From Polyangiaceae bacterium (GTDB taxonomy: Bacteria > Myxococcota_A > Polyangia > Polyangiales > Polyangiaceae): DNA of 64,000 nucleotides. Shown piece by piece: positions 27,744 to 37,674 of the stretch. How positions within the stretch are numbered: the first letter of the stretch is position 1; each line of letters opens with the position of its first letter. Made by a program: the position numbers and the translations under genes. The DNA lies in the NCBI GenBank assembly GCA_033763455.1, contig JANRKO010000045.1:32001-96000 (forward strand), written 5' to 3'. Under the pieces are notes generated by a model. That model did no database searches. It saw only the letters and a list, made by a program, of their open reading frames with translations, and was not told the origin of the DNA.

Positions 27744-29283
27744 CTCGCACAGGCCTCCGCGCGCGGAACACGAGACGGCGCTGGTGGTCACCCGCTTAGG
27801 GGTTCCACTTGTGTGCCTGTTGCCCGTGGCGGCTTTCGAAACGTTGATTCGAGTACCAGGGCTACACCTCGATCCGGGACTCCCCACAGACTCGGTTCAC
27901 TATTTGTGGGTGCTCGGAGCAAGCTTCGTGTTTGCAATGGCCGCTTCGTGGTGGCTCCCAATCCGTTACCTGTGGCTGCCAGTGTGGCTGGGAGTAGCTG
28001 CCATTTTCTGCGGATTATCAGGGCTCTTTTGGCACACCTGGGTGTCACATTCCGAGCTATTCGTGTTGTGGTTCGTCTATGCGCTGCTCGGCGGCACCGT
28101 GTTCGGAATGGGTAGCGCGCTCGCGTTGAAGTTTCTCCGCGTGGCGCTCGCGGCAGCGATCTTGGAACGAGTGCTGGGCCCCTTCCGACTTGGCTTGGCA
28201 CTCGGTGGCACCGTTCTAAGTATTGTTATCTTGCAGCAACTCGGCCCTCTACGTGCCGGAGTGGTGGTTGGCCTTCTGCTCACAGCCACTAGCCTCACCG
28301 CTCTCGGCACACTGAAGAGGCTCGAACAACTCCCGGTCCCCGGAGCTCGCTTCCCCCCCCTGGCTTTGGTTCTGCACTTTTGCGCGGGCATTCCGAGCCT
28401 TTGGTTGCTCGAAGCGTGGGTGCCAAGGGTTGAGCTTAGCAAGCACGAGAACACTGTGCTTCTACATCGCACCTCTACTCGAGGTACGACGACGCTAACG
28501 GCTGGCGAACGACAATTTCAGGTGTTTACCGATGGCCTACTTCGCGTCTCTTCGCTCGATGAGGCGCGGTACTTCGAGAGCCTCGTACACCCCGCTATGG
28601 CGCTCCGCGAAAAGCCCCAAAACGTGTTGCTCATTGCTTCTGGGGAGCCACTTTCCGCCCGAGAAATCCTGCGTTATCGAAGCGTGCGGGAGCTCTGGTT
28701 GGTGCCCGAACACCCAGAGCTTCTGGAGCTTTCTCGCCAGGTGCGCTGGCTCACCCTGAAGAGCGAGGGTGCCCTTTTGGACCCACGGGTTCGGGTTGTG
28801 GATCAGGAGGCCCTAGTGTGGCTCACCCAAACCGACCAACGCTTCGATGTGATCATCGTCGACGCCTCCGATCCTCACGACTACGTCGCCGGCAAATACA
28901 CCACCCACTTCTTCTTTGAGATGCTGAGAGCGCACCTGCATCCGAAAGGGCTCCTGGCACTCCAAGCTACCTCTTCAAGATCACCACCCAACGTTCTTCT
29001 AGATCTAGTGGCAACCTCTCGCTCTCTGGGCTTCACAACGCTCGCGTATAACGCCGCCGTTCCGACGCTCGGGCTCTGGAATTTCCTTCTAGCGAGCCCC
29101 AATGCTCAAGCCCTCGCAAGCACCCCCGAGAGCCTTCCGCGGGGTCTCACGTATTTGGATGCCCCCACTCTGAACATTCTGCTGGGAGAAGCACGTCGGC
29201 ATTCCAAGCATCTTGGCGGCGGTGAAATCAGCTACTTGCATCGGCAGACGGTGGTAGCGGCTCTGCTTGGTGAGCAGCACTAG
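27733..29283 (+). CDS. membrane-fused spermidine synthase-like (polyamine aminopropyltransferase-like) protein with degenerate SAM motif
   Basis: Multi-TM N-terminus, DG.L..SS.DE..Y.ESLVHPAM, FDVIIVD..DP and VPT.G.W.F. Overlaps the DUF4178 gene, the usual neighbour of this family. Confidence 0.75.
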   Translation: MGSSSHRPPRAEHETALVVTRLGVPLVCLLPVAAFETLIRVPGLHLDPGLPTDSVHYLWVLGASFVFAMAASWWLPIRYLWLPVWLGVAAIFCGLSGLFWHTWVSHSELFVLWFVYALLGGTVFGMGSALALKFLRVALAAAILERVLGPFRLGLALGGTVLSIVILQQLGPLRAGVVVGLLLTATSLTALGTLKRLEQLPVPGARFPPLALVLHFCAGIPSLWLLEAWVPRVELSKHENTVLLHRTSTRGTTTLTAGERQFQVFTDGLLRVSSLDEARYFESLVHPAMALREKPQNVLLIASGEPLSAREILRYRSVRELWLVPEHPELLELSRQVRWLTLKSEGALLDPRVRVVDQEALVWLTQTDQRFDVIIVDASDPHDYVAGKYTTHFFFEMLRAHLHPKGLLALQATSSRSPPNVLLDLVATSRSLGFTTLAYNAAVPTLGLWNFLLASPNAQALASTPESLPRGLTYLDAPTLNILLGEARRHSKHLGGGEISYLHRQTVVAALLGEQH

Positions 29284-29980
29284 AAGCGGGCCCTTTGCCG
29301 AACCGCAGTGCAATCCCCAAAAAGGCGCGCCCTGCATAAAGCGCATTGACCGCTACATATGGATACAAATACAGCTCCATTTTCCCAAGGAGCGCACCTA
29401 TCCAAATGTACGAAGGGTAATGGATCAACCAATGCCCTAGAGTTTCAGCCAAGCCCACCACACGGCGACTGAGCGAACGCTCGCCAACTCCAACTGGTGC
29501 GGCGGGCGCAATCTCAGGGCGCCGCAAAAATGAGGTCATCCCGATCCCCGAGGCGAGGCACATTAGCCCGAACAGCCCAAGTAGCAATACATTCGGATCC
29601 GCTCGATCCCAAAACAAGCGCACGGTAACGGCCGCGAGCACCATGAATGCCTTGAGCTCATCCATCAAAAAATCGAGAAGGTGGCCCTGAATGGACTGCA
29701 CATTGCGCAGGCGTGCGAGCATGCCGTCCACGCAGTCCAAAATGTACGAAAGCTGGTACACGCCAATCGCCAAAACCAACCCGAAGGTGCCTGGGACAAA
29801 GAGCATGAGGCCAGCGGAGGCCGCGCACACCACCACCGCCATGAGCGTCACCTGGTTCGGTGTGATCCTGGTTTTGGCCAACCACCACACGAGCACCGCG
29901 CCGAGGGGCCGGCACACGTAAGAATTCCAGGGCAGATCTCTGAGCTTCTTGGTGCGGTGGTAGATTTGGATCGGGTTCAC
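29228..29980 (-). CDS. CDP-alcohol phosphatidyltransferase family protein
   Basis: ITPNQVT and D..DG..AR......G..LD...D signature. GTG start at 29980 preferred over 30091. Confidence 0.88.
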   Translation of the reverse strand: MNPIQIYHRTKKLRDLPWNSYVCRPLGAVLVWWLAKTRITPNQVTLMAVVVCAASAGLMLFVPGTFGLVLAIGVYQLSYILDCVDGMLARLRNVQSIQGHLLDFLMDELKAFMVLAAVTVRLFWDRADPNVLLLGLFGLMCLASGIGMTSFLRRPEIAPAAPVGVGERSLSRRVVGLAETLGHWLIHYPSYIWIGALLGKMELYLYPYVAVNALYAGRAFLGIALRFGKGPASSAAHQAEPLPPSADASS

Positions 29981-30138
29981 GCGCGGCAAGCCTCGCACGC
30001 GCGAGCTTGGACGTGCAAAATCCCCGAGCACACTCCCACCTCCTAGCCAATCCTCGGCACTTTCGTGGGGTTTTCGCCAGAGCTTTGCCAAAGGGTTGGG
30101 GGTTGGCCCCGGGTTGAGCTATCTGAACCGCCGAAAAC

Positions 30139-30801
30139 ATGCCGGCTTCATCCGCTGCCTCCCCGAGCACCAGCCCCAACAAGGGACCGCGACCCGCCAC
30201 GAAGCGCCCGCTTCAAGACTTCCCGGAAGTAATCGGCGGAAGGTTCTGGATAGCTCTCGCCCTGCTGCTCAGCATGTCGTTTGTGCCCTACTGCGAGCCT
30301 CTGCGACGCGCCATCGACAAGCAGGGCCCTCCGGCACTGAACCCGGCGGACTGGAAGGTGGGCACTACCCACACGATCAAGCTTACGGTTGTTACAGCCG
30401 ACTACGAGCACCTGGATTGCGCCTATCCCAGCGCCATAGAAGGCAAACACTGCTCCTACAAGACGCAGACCGAAACCTGGCCGCGCCGGCCCGGCGAACC
30501 GCTCGATAACAACAAGCTCGACATCATTCAGCCTTACCGCACCTGGCCCGATAACTTGCTCCTTGCTGTGTCCAACCTTTGGACCTTCCCAGATGTCGCG
30601 ATGCGCCTGCACAACGAGCCACCTGCCAATATCCCGAAAGAAAAATTGGGGCGCTTCGTGGCTCAGTGCGAAGTGAAGTTCATCGGTGAATTCGACCGCC
30701 CGCACTTGCGCTGGTTCAAGACGTCCCCCTGGGGCCAAGAAGGCGGCAAAGTGCCCGTGGGTAATGCCGTAAACTGCAAGATCGTTCCTGACGATCTGTA
30801 A
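30139..30801 (+). CDS. hypothetical membrane-anchored protein
   Basis: One TM segment and paired Cys. Ends 1 bp before pgpA. Confidence 0.65.
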   Translation: MPASSAASPSTSPNKGPRPATKRPLQDFPEVIGGRFWIALALLLSMSFVPYCEPLRRAIDKQGPPALNPADWKVGTTHTIKLTVVTADYEHLDCAYPSAIEGKHCSYKTQTETWPRRPGEPLDNNKLDIIQPYRTWPDNLLLAVSNLWTFPDVAMRLHNEPPANIPKEKLGRFVAQCEVKFIGEFDRPHLRWFKTSPWGQEGGKVPVGNAVNCKIVPDDL

Positions 30802-30802
30802 G

Positions 30803-31288
30803 GTGGGGGCTCAGGTGCCGGCCCCTATCGCTGCTCGCGCTCTTGCGACTTGGTTCGGCTGTGGGCTCTCGCCCAAGGCGCCTGGAACCGTCGGGTCGAT
30901 CGGGACCTTGCCGCTGTATTTTGGGCTGAAGCTTCTGCCTTGGCCTGCTTACCTTGCTGCGGTGGTAGTGCTAACGGGGCTCGGGGTGTGGGCCTCCCAA
31001 CGTTACGCCGAAGCAGCACAGGAAGAAGATCCGCAGCGTGTCGTGATAGACGAAGTTGTCGGCACTTTGCTGGCTCTCGGCATGGTGGCGTCGTTTGGCA
31101 TCGTGGCCGAAGCGTGTGCCTTCGTGCTCTTTCGATTGCTCGACATCACGAAGCCAGGCCCGATCGACACCGTGCAAAACTTGAAACCTGTTGGTGTGGG
31201 CGTCATGGCTGACGATGTCTTGGCCGGGCTTGGGGCGGGAGCGCTGACCTACGGATTCGCAACGCTGCTTCACACCTTTACGGTTTGA
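30803..31288 (+). CDS. pgpA: phosphatidylglycerophosphatase A
   Basis: G.G.SP.APGT.GS, DP..VVIDEVVG, FR.LDI.KP.PI and GVMADD.LAG. Confidence 0.95.
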   Translation: MGAQVPAPIAARALATWFGCGLSPKAPGTVGSIGTLPLYFGLKLLPWPAYLAAVVVLTGLGVWASQRYAEAAQEEDPQRVVIDEVVGTLLALGMVASFGIVAEACAFVLFRLLDITKPGPIDTVQNLKPVGVGVMADDVLAGLGAGALTYGFATLLHTFTV

Positions 31289-32438
31289 AATCTTTGGCGT
31301 CAGGGCCTAGCAACGTTCCGCACAGAGTGCGGCACTTTTTGTCTTTGGGCTTGCACAGGCAATCCGGGTGCTCTTCTTTGAGCTTCAACAGGGCCTGATA
31401 TTGCTCACGCGTGAAGCCGGCGCTTTTCTCGACGCGTTTAAAATCCCAACCCTCTTTGATCTGTTTCGGTGTTCGAGGATCGGTCGGAGCGGCATCTGCC
31501 TCCGCACAGCAGCGAAACCCTAGGAAATAGTAATAGAAGTCCTCGTTGTGCGTGTAGATCTTCGGGCGGCATTGGTTGCGCACCCCTTTGTACCAAGGCC
31601 CGCCCGTGTGCACGCTGTCGAATTTGCCCCGAAAATCGTCCGAATACGTTTCGCTGGATACCACGTCGTCCGTGTTGCCGGGCAAATCATACACCCCAAA
31701 GTCGCTGACACATTGAGGCTGGCTTCCGTTGCGCACCCCCTTCCACAAGCGCGAGAGCTCTTGTTCATCACGTTGGGCAACCTTGGGCATCTTCGGCGAA
31801 TCCCACGGCATATCACCATGGCACTTTTTGGTATCTCGTTCGTACCCGTAGGGGAAAGGTTTCATCTCCTGGCCTTCACAGGCAAACGTCCACTCGCTTT
31901 CCGTGCACATGCGCTTGCCCACAGCCGCACACTTCACTTCGGCCTGGTGAAAGCGGTTCATTACCTCGGGCCGCTCACCCACTTTGTTTGGCCACGCATA
32001 GGTATCAATGCAGAAGCGCTTTTTGGAAGAAGTGCCTACACACTTGGCGCTCCCCTCGCGAAATTTCTCGCAGATCGTTTTCTTGTTGGATTTGTCGAAC
32101 CAGCTACGCACGCACTCGTGCTCGACCTCGCTGCAGTAATCCCCCTCCACCAGCTTCATGCCCGCGGGGCAAGCATTGGGATCCTCCTTCGGCTTGGATG
32201 CTTTGGGAGCCGCGCCCGGCGTGGCTGCTTCCGCTCTCCGAGCGGGGCCGCGCGCCTTGGCTTTGGGAACCGCCTCGGCTTTGGGACGCCCCGAAGGAGC
32301 ATTGGCTCTCGCCGTTTCCTCCGTTCGGGACTTCTGCCCGTTAGCCCTACCGTTCACCTCGGCAGCTTGAGCCCCCGCACATGCTACGGGTAAGAGCAAT
32401 AAAAGGCTGGCAATTGCGCGAGGGCTCCACTTAAGCAT
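31278..32438 (-). CDS. FGE-sulfatase (SUMF1-like) domain lipoprotein, Cys-rich
   Basis: CPAGMKLVEG, FCID.Y.WPN, GKRMCTESEWTFACEG, GVYDLPGN and GFRCC. Confidence 0.8.
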   Translation of the reverse strand: MLKWSPRAIASLLLLLPVACAGAQAAEVNGRANGQKSRTEETARANAPSGRPKAEAVPKAKARGPARRAEAATPGAAPKASKPKEDPNACPAGMKLVEGDYCSEVEHECVRSWFDKSNKKTICEKFREGSAKCVGTSSKKRFCIDTYAWPNKVGERPEVMNRFHQAEVKCAAVGKRMCTESEWTFACEGQEMKPFPYGYERDTKKCHGDMPWDSPKMPKVAQRDEQELSRLWKGVRNGSQPQCVSDFGVYDLPGNTDDVVSSETYSDDFRGKFDSVHTGGPWYKGVRNQCRPKIYTHNEDFYYYFLGFRCCAEADAAPTDPRTPKQIKEGWDFKRVEKSAGFTREQYQALLKLKEEHPDCLCKPKDKKCRTLCGTLLGPDAKDFKP

Positions 32439-32509
32439 GTGGATTAACCTAGCCGAGATCTGGGCCTTGAGTCGACCGAAGTGGAACGGCTAGATTGCGC
32501 GCCCCCCTG

Positions 32510-33040
32510 ATGCCCCCGACGCCCCCTTCCGACACAGCGCACCGCCCGCCCCTCGTCGGAGTGGTGATGGGGTCCAAGAGTGATTGGGAAACGCTCAGCC
32601 AAACGTGCGCCACGCTCGAGCGACTGGATATTCCTTTCGAGAAGCGCGTGGTCTCGGCGCACCGTACGCCTGATCTGTTGGTGGAGTACGCCAAGACAGC
32701 CGCGGACAGAGGCCTTGAGTTGATCATCGCCGGTGCCGGCGGAGCCGCCCACTTGCCGGGAATGATCGCGGCGCAAACGCACCTGCCAGTTTTCGGAGTT
32801 CCTGTGCAGAGCAAAACCTTGAACGGGCTCGATTCGCTGCTCTCCATCGTGCAAATGCCAGCCGGCATCCCAGTGGGCACGCTCGCCATTGGGCGTGCCG
32901 GAGCCGTCAATGCGGCACTCCTTTCCGCCGCGGTATTGGCCAATAAGTACCCTGCGGTCTTAGCCAAGCTTCTCGCATATAGGAGCGAGCAAACGGCTGC
33001 CGTGCTCGCCGAGCCAGATCCCAGCACACCCGATCCATGA
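32510..33040 (+). CDS. purE: N5-carboxyaminoimidazole ribonucleotide mutase
   Basis: [24 protein letters not shown] and [11 protein letters not shown]. Confidence 0.97.
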   Translation: MPPTPPSDTAHRPPLVGVVMGSKSDWETLSQTCATLERLDIPFEKRVVSAHRTPDLLVEYAKTAADRGLELIIAGAGGAAHLPGMIAAQTHLPVFGVPVQSKTLNGLDSLLSIVQMPAGIPVGTLAIGRAGAVNAALLSAAVLANKYPAVLAKLLAYRSEQTAAVLAEPDPSTPDP

Positions 33041-34152
33041 GCCAGCAGCTAACGATCGGGATCCTAGGCGGCGGGCAACTTGGCCGCATGCTCGCCCTCG
33101 CGGGCGTGCCGCTCGGCCTGCGGTTCATCTGTGTAGATCCAGCGTCCAATGTGCCGGCCGCGATGGCTGCTCACCATGTGCAGGCTGAGTACGATTCGGT
33201 GGAGTCCATGGAAGCCCTGAGCCAAGCCGATGTGGTAACGTACGAGTTCGAAAACGTGCCAGCGCACGCTGCAGCCGAGCTTTTGCGCCGAAATGTGGCT
33301 GTTGCGCCCGATCCGCAAGCGCTCGTCGTGGCGCAAGATCGTTGGCTCGAAAAGCAGTGTTTTCAGCAATTGGGGATCCGAACGGTGGGCTACGTGCGCA
33401 TCGATTCAGCTACTGATCTTGCTTCTGCGCTCGCAGAACTCGGGGCCCCCTACGTCCTCAAAACACGGCGTTCCGGCTACGACGGCAAGGGCCAGCGTGT
33501 AGTAAGCTCGCTGGCTGAAGCCGAGCTCGCTTACGCCGAGTTGGGCGGAGTGCCCATGATCGCTGAAGAGTTCATACGTTTCTCACGTGAGCTCAGCATC
33601 TTGGCGGTACAGGGCCGAAACGGACAGCGCGCGTTTTACCCGCTCGTTCAGAACGAGCATCGGCACGGGATCTTGCGCACCACGCTAAGCCCCGCCCCCA
33701 ACTGCAGCGCTTCTCTGCAATCCCAAGCCGAAGGCTACGCCACGTCTCTGCTTTCGCATCTAAAGTACAGCGGGGTGCTAGCTCTCGAACTCTTTGACAA
33801 AGATGGCACCCTCTACGCCAACGAGTTTGCCCCACGCGTGCACAACTCGGGTCACTTTAGCATTGAGGGCTCCGTAACGAGCCAATTCGAGAATCACCTG
33901 CGTGCCATCTTGGGTCTGCCGCTTGGCGATACTGCTCCCCGATCGGTGAGCGCCATGTTGAACTTGATTGGAGATGTTTGCAAAGCAAGTGATGTCCTCG
34001 GGGTGCCCGACGCCCACCTGCATACTTACGGAAAATCCGCCAGAAAAGCCCGCAAGGTAGGGCACATAACCGTATTGGCGCCGGATCCGGCGAGCCTTTC
34101 GACCCGCGTGGTTGCACTTCAGCGTTGGGTCGATCTCGCCACGGATGGCTAA
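33037..34152 (+). CDS. purK: N5-carboxyaminoimidazole ribonucleotide synthase (ATP-grasp)
   Basis: [36 protein letters not shown] and RKVGH. 4-bp overlap with purE. Confidence 0.97.
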   Translation: MSQQLTIGILGGGQLGRMLALAGVPLGLRFICVDPASNVPAAMAAHHVQAEYDSVESMEALSQADVVTYEFENVPAHAAAELLRRNVAVAPDPQALVVAQDRWLEKQCFQQLGIRTVGYVRIDSATDLASALAELGAPYVLKTRRSGYDGKGQRVVSSLAEAELAYAELGGVPMIAEEFIRFSRELSILAVQGRNGQRAFYPLVQNEHRHGILRTTLSPAPNCSASLQSQAEGYATSLLSHLKYSGVLALELFDKDGTLYANEFAPRVHNSGHFSIEGSVTSQFENHLRAILGLPLGDTAPRSVSAMLNLIGDVCKASDVLGVPDAHLHTYGKSARKARKVGHITVLAPDPASLSTRVVALQRWVDLATDG

Positions 34153-34168
34153 CTCCCTCTAGCCGTAC

Positions 34169-34834
34169 TCAATCTGCGACGAGTTGCGCGGCATCCACCA
34201 ACAGTTGCTGCATGGATTCCTTGTCGCTGGTGCGATAGTAGCCACGGATCTTGGCTTTGCCGTCCACGAGCACCAGATGCGAGCCGTGCAAAATACCGAG
34301 GTGCTCTTTCTTCGCGTCCGCTTTCCCTTCTAGTGCAAGCTTGAATCCCTCCACTGAAGTGCGCCGAATCACCGAATAATCTCCGGTAACGAAGGACCAG
34401 CTTGAAAAATCGGCACCGTACTTCTCTCCGTATTTTCGCAACACTGCCGGCGTATCATTTTCGGGATCCACGCTGATGCTTACAAAGTGCACTGGCAGCT
34501 TTCGAGCTTGAGTCACTAACTGTAGCTCGTGCATCTGCTTGGTGATGCGCGGACAAATGCTTGGGCAACGTGTGAACATGAAGGCCGCCACCCAAACCCG
34601 CCCGCGAAGTTTGCCGGGTGAAAAATCGCGACCCTCCTGATCTTGCAGGTGAAACTCAACAATGTCTCCGAGTGTGGGCAAAGCTGGCGCCCGACGGCAC
34701 GCGCCGAGCACCATCCCCATGCACGCGCACAGACCAAGTAGGAACAGCCGCCGGGACGCAAGGCGACGGCGTGCGACGGAAGGCTCGGCGTACGACGGCG
34801 AATGAAAGGGTGGCATCGGCTTTCGCATCGGCAT
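34169..34834 (-). CDS. SCO1/SenC family copper chaperone (lipoprotein)
   Basis: FT.CPSICP (CxxxC), SISVDPENDTP, distal His (LHGS), and an SRRLFL...LGAC leader. The ORF-track start at 35038 is over-extended. Confidence 0.9.
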   Translation of the reverse strand: MPMRKPMPPFHSPSYAEPSVARRRLASRRLFLLGLCACMGMVLGACRRAPALPTLGDIVEFHLQDQEGRDFSPGKLRGRVWVAAFMFTRCPSICPRITKQMHELQLVTQARKLPVHFVSISVDPENDTPAVLRKYGEKYGADFSSWSFVTGDYSVIRRTSVEGFKLALEGKADAKKEHLGILHGSHLVLVDGKAKIRGYYRTSDKESMQQLLVDAAQLVAD

Positions 34835-34934
34835 CGGCGATGCTCTAACCTCGCTTCGCCTAGATGAGTAGATCCTGGGCTTGCTGAACCGCACCTCAAC
34901 GTGTAGGTTTCTTCCCCACACGAGCAAATTCTGC

Positions 34935-35129
34935 GTGAACGACAGCGGGAAAGCCGAACTACGAATAGGTTTGTGCGCCACGTGTGCGCACGCGCGAAGC
35001 ATTACAAGCGCCCGGAAGAGCGAATTTTGGCTCTGCACACGCTCCCAGACGGATCCACGCTTCCCGAAGTATCCCGCTCTGCCCGTCCGTCGCTGCCCCG
35101 GGCACGAACCGCTTGGGCCTAAGCGTTAG
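34935..35129 (+). CDS. small conserved Cys-rich hypothetical protein
   Basis: GLCATCAHAR...S.F.LC.RS..DPRFPKYP.LPV..C pattern with four Cys, recognised from memory as a widespread small family. Confidence 0.65.
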   Translation: MNDSGKAELRIGLCATCAHARSITSARKSEFWLCTRSQTDPRFPKYPALPVRRCPGHEPLGPKR

Positions 35130-35162
35130 CCGGATACTCTATTTCTGACGCCAAGGCTATAC

Positions 35163-37574
35163 CTAGCCCGCGTCGGTACCGGCGGTGCCGGGTTCGCTCT
35201 CATCTAGGATCTGACGGATCTTCTTCGAAAGGCTCGAAGGTGTGTAGGGCTTGGGCAAAAAATGCTGTCGCGAGCCCAGGTGGGTTGGAAGCGTGATCTC
35301 CGAATACCCTGAGGTAAACAACACCCGCGCATTCGGGTGAAGCAGCAACAGCTCCTCGGCAATTTCCGAGCCCGGACGATCCGGCAAGACCATGTCCGTC
35401 AGCATCAAATGTACCGGCCCCTGGTGGGCCGCCAGTGCGGCCATAGCCTCGGCAGCCGTTTCGGCGGAGAGAGTTGTGTACCCGAGGCCGGAAAGCACGC
35501 GCGTACAAAGCTTGCGAATCAGCCCCATATCCTCGACCACCAGTATCGTTTCCGTGCCGGTGAGCCCTGCTGGTTGCTCGGAAGGGCGAAGCGAACCTGT
35601 GGCAGGCAAATGCGTGCGCGGCAGGTTTACGTGAAACACGGAGCCTCGCCCAAGCTCGGACTCAACCTCAATGAAGCCTCCCGCTTGTTTGGCGACACTG
35701 TCGCACGTCGCAAGACCCAACCCCGTGCCCTTTCCGCTGGCTTTGGTTGTGAAAAATGGGTCAAACAAGTGACGCCGCACTTCTTCCGTCATACCACTTC
35801 CGGTATCAGCCACGCTCAACCGTACCCATTCCTCGGAACCGCTCGGCCCGAGGCGAGTGGTGTTGCTAATGCTAATCGTCAGGGTACCGCCGCGTTCCAT
35901 GGCATCCCGCGCGTTGAGCACTAGATTCATCACTAGCTGCTCAAGCTGAGATGGATCAATGCGAACCGACCAAACAGGCTCGGCTAAGTTCAGAATCACG
36001 CGGATATTCTCCCCTAAAAGCGGCTCAAACAGGCGCACTAAGCTCTGGATCTCCGCGCGAGGTTCAACGGCCCGGGGCGCGAGCACCTGGCGGCGCGCAA
36101 AAGCGAGAAGCTGGTGCGTCATGCGTGAGGCGCGTTCAGAGGCCTGACGAATGGTGCCCAGGGTATCTAGAAGTGGGCTTTCTGCGCCAACCCCGCGCCC
36201 GGCGAGCTCCACCTGGCCTAAAATGACCGTGAGCACATTGTTGAAATCATGCGCGATGCCGCCGGCAAGCCTGCCAAGGGCTTCAAGGCGCTCAGCGCGC
36301 CCCATCTTCTCTTCAAGCTCCTTGCGCTCAGTAACATCGAGCGTGGCTCCGGTAAAGCCCACTACTTCACCTGCGGCGTTGCGCTGCGCTTCACCGGTCG
36401 TCTGAACGTAACGGAGCGCGCCGTCGTTCAAGCGGCGAATGCGATAATCGTGCAGTACAACTTTACCGCTAACAAAGCCCTGCGCTCCAGCCTCTGCCAC
36501 ACGTGCTCTATCCTCCTCAACAATCAGAGAATCGACGAGCTCGCGAGTAACGGTAAGGCCTGCATCAATGCCGAAAATCCGCTTTAGTTCATCGGACCAC
36601 TCAATCCGATCGGTGCTCTTCTCCCACTGCCAACTACCTACGTGAGCAATGCGCTCCGCTTCTGCCAATAGCCGCGCACGTTGCATCACGGACGCTTCGG
36701 CACGCTTCGCCTCGGTCACGTCACGCGTGAGAATACACACGAGCTCCACTCGCCCGGCCTTTTTGTAAGCCCCCACAGCGCTACCAAACCACTTATCGAG
36801 CGCCGGCACATAACACTCGTAATACGATGGCTCACCCGTCGCGAATACTGAGGCCACCGACTTTCTGACGGCTTCTTGTGAAGCGACATCTATATAGTCG
36901 TAGATCGAGGCTCGCCCAATAAGATCTTCTGCCCGCACCCCCTCCGCAGTGCGGTTCACCCACTGATAGACTCCGGCCTCATCCACCAGCACCACGAAAT
37001 CAAAAGGTGTCTCGGCAATAGCTCGCCAGCGTGCTTCGCTTTCGGCAAGCTCCTCCGTCCGCTTCGCGAGCTCCTGCTCCATCACACGGCGCTCCGTAAC
37101 GTCGAGCACGGTGCCCACCAAGCGTGTGACGTTGCCTTCGCTATCGCGAACGGCGCGCCCACGCAGCAGCACGTGCCGTTCACCTCGCCGTGGTAAGCGC
37201 AACCTCAAGGCCACGCTTTGCGGATCAGCGCCGAGCTTCGTGCGTTCGATCAGGAGCGTTACCAGCGCTTGATCGTCCGGATGAACGCGGGCAATCAACG
37301 CCTCGGTGGATGGCAGCGCAAAGGCGGGATCGTAGTCGAGGATGCTGAGAAGATTCTCGGACCAGGTCACCTGCCCGGTGCTGACATTTGCGGACCAGCT
37401 GCCGAGCTGGGCCATGCGCTCGGCTTCCTCGAGCAACTCCTCCCGCTCGCCAACACCGAGGCCAAGTGCGGGCTTCAAGCGCTGCCCTGAATGGAGATCT
37501 TCCCGGAAGACTTGCTCCTGCACGTAGTGCTCCCCCGGGATAGACGGTTCCTCATGCCCCATTGAGCCGATCAT
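35163..37574 (-). CDS. hybrid sensor histidine kinase/response regulator with three PAS/PAC domains
   Basis: GIAHDFNN, NLVLNARDAM, DTGSGM, FDPFFTTK, GTGLGL and receiver LMLTDMVLP...KPY. Confidence 0.95.
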   Translation of the reverse strand: MIGSMGHEEPSIPGEHYVQEQVFREDLHSGQRLKPALGLGVGEREELLEEAERMAQLGSWSANVSTGQVTWSENLLSILDYDPAFALPSTEALIARVHPDDQALVTLLIERTKLGADPQSVALRLRLPRRGERHVLLRGRAVRDSEGNVTRLVGTVLDVTERRVMEQELAKRTEELAESEARWRAIAETPFDFVVLVDEAGVYQWVNRTAEGVRAEDLIGRASIYDYIDVASQEAVRKSVASVFATGEPSYYECYVPALDKWFGSAVGAYKKAGRVELVCILTRDVTEAKRAEASVMQRARLLAEAERIAHVGSWQWEKSTDRIEWSDELKRIFGIDAGLTVTRELVDSLIVEEDRARVAEAGAQGFVSGKVVLHDYRIRRLNDGALRYVQTTGEAQRNAAGEVVGFTGATLDVTERKELEEKMGRAERLEALGRLAGGIAHDFNNVLTVILGQVELAGRGVGAESPLLDTLGTIRQASERASRMTHQLLAFARRQVLAPRAVEPRAEIQSLVRLFEPLLGENIRVILNLAEPVWSVRIDPSQLEQLVMNLVLNARDAMERGGTLTISISNTTRLGPSGSEEWVRLSVADTGSGMTEEVRRHLFDPFFTTKASGKGTGLGLATCDSVAKQAGGFIEVESELGRGSVFHVNLPRTHLPATGSLRPSEQPAGLTGTETILVVEDMGLIRKLCTRVLSGLGYTTLSAETAAEAMAALAAHQGPVHLMLTDMVLPDRPGSEIAEELLLLHPNARVLFTSGYSEITLPTHLGSRQHFLPKPYTPSSLSKKIRQILDESEPGTAGTDAG

Positions 37575-37674
37575 AGGCCGAAGTGGTGTAAGCCGCAGAG
37601 CGAAATGTTACCTAACGGTGTCTTAGGCAAGAAGCCTGGAGCCCCTGACACCCTCAAGGGCCGTGCTCAGTTGT

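Noticed and set aside
34835..35038. N-terminal extension of the SCO ORF
   Set aside because: It overlaps a more plausible + strand small gene, and the signal peptide begins downstream.
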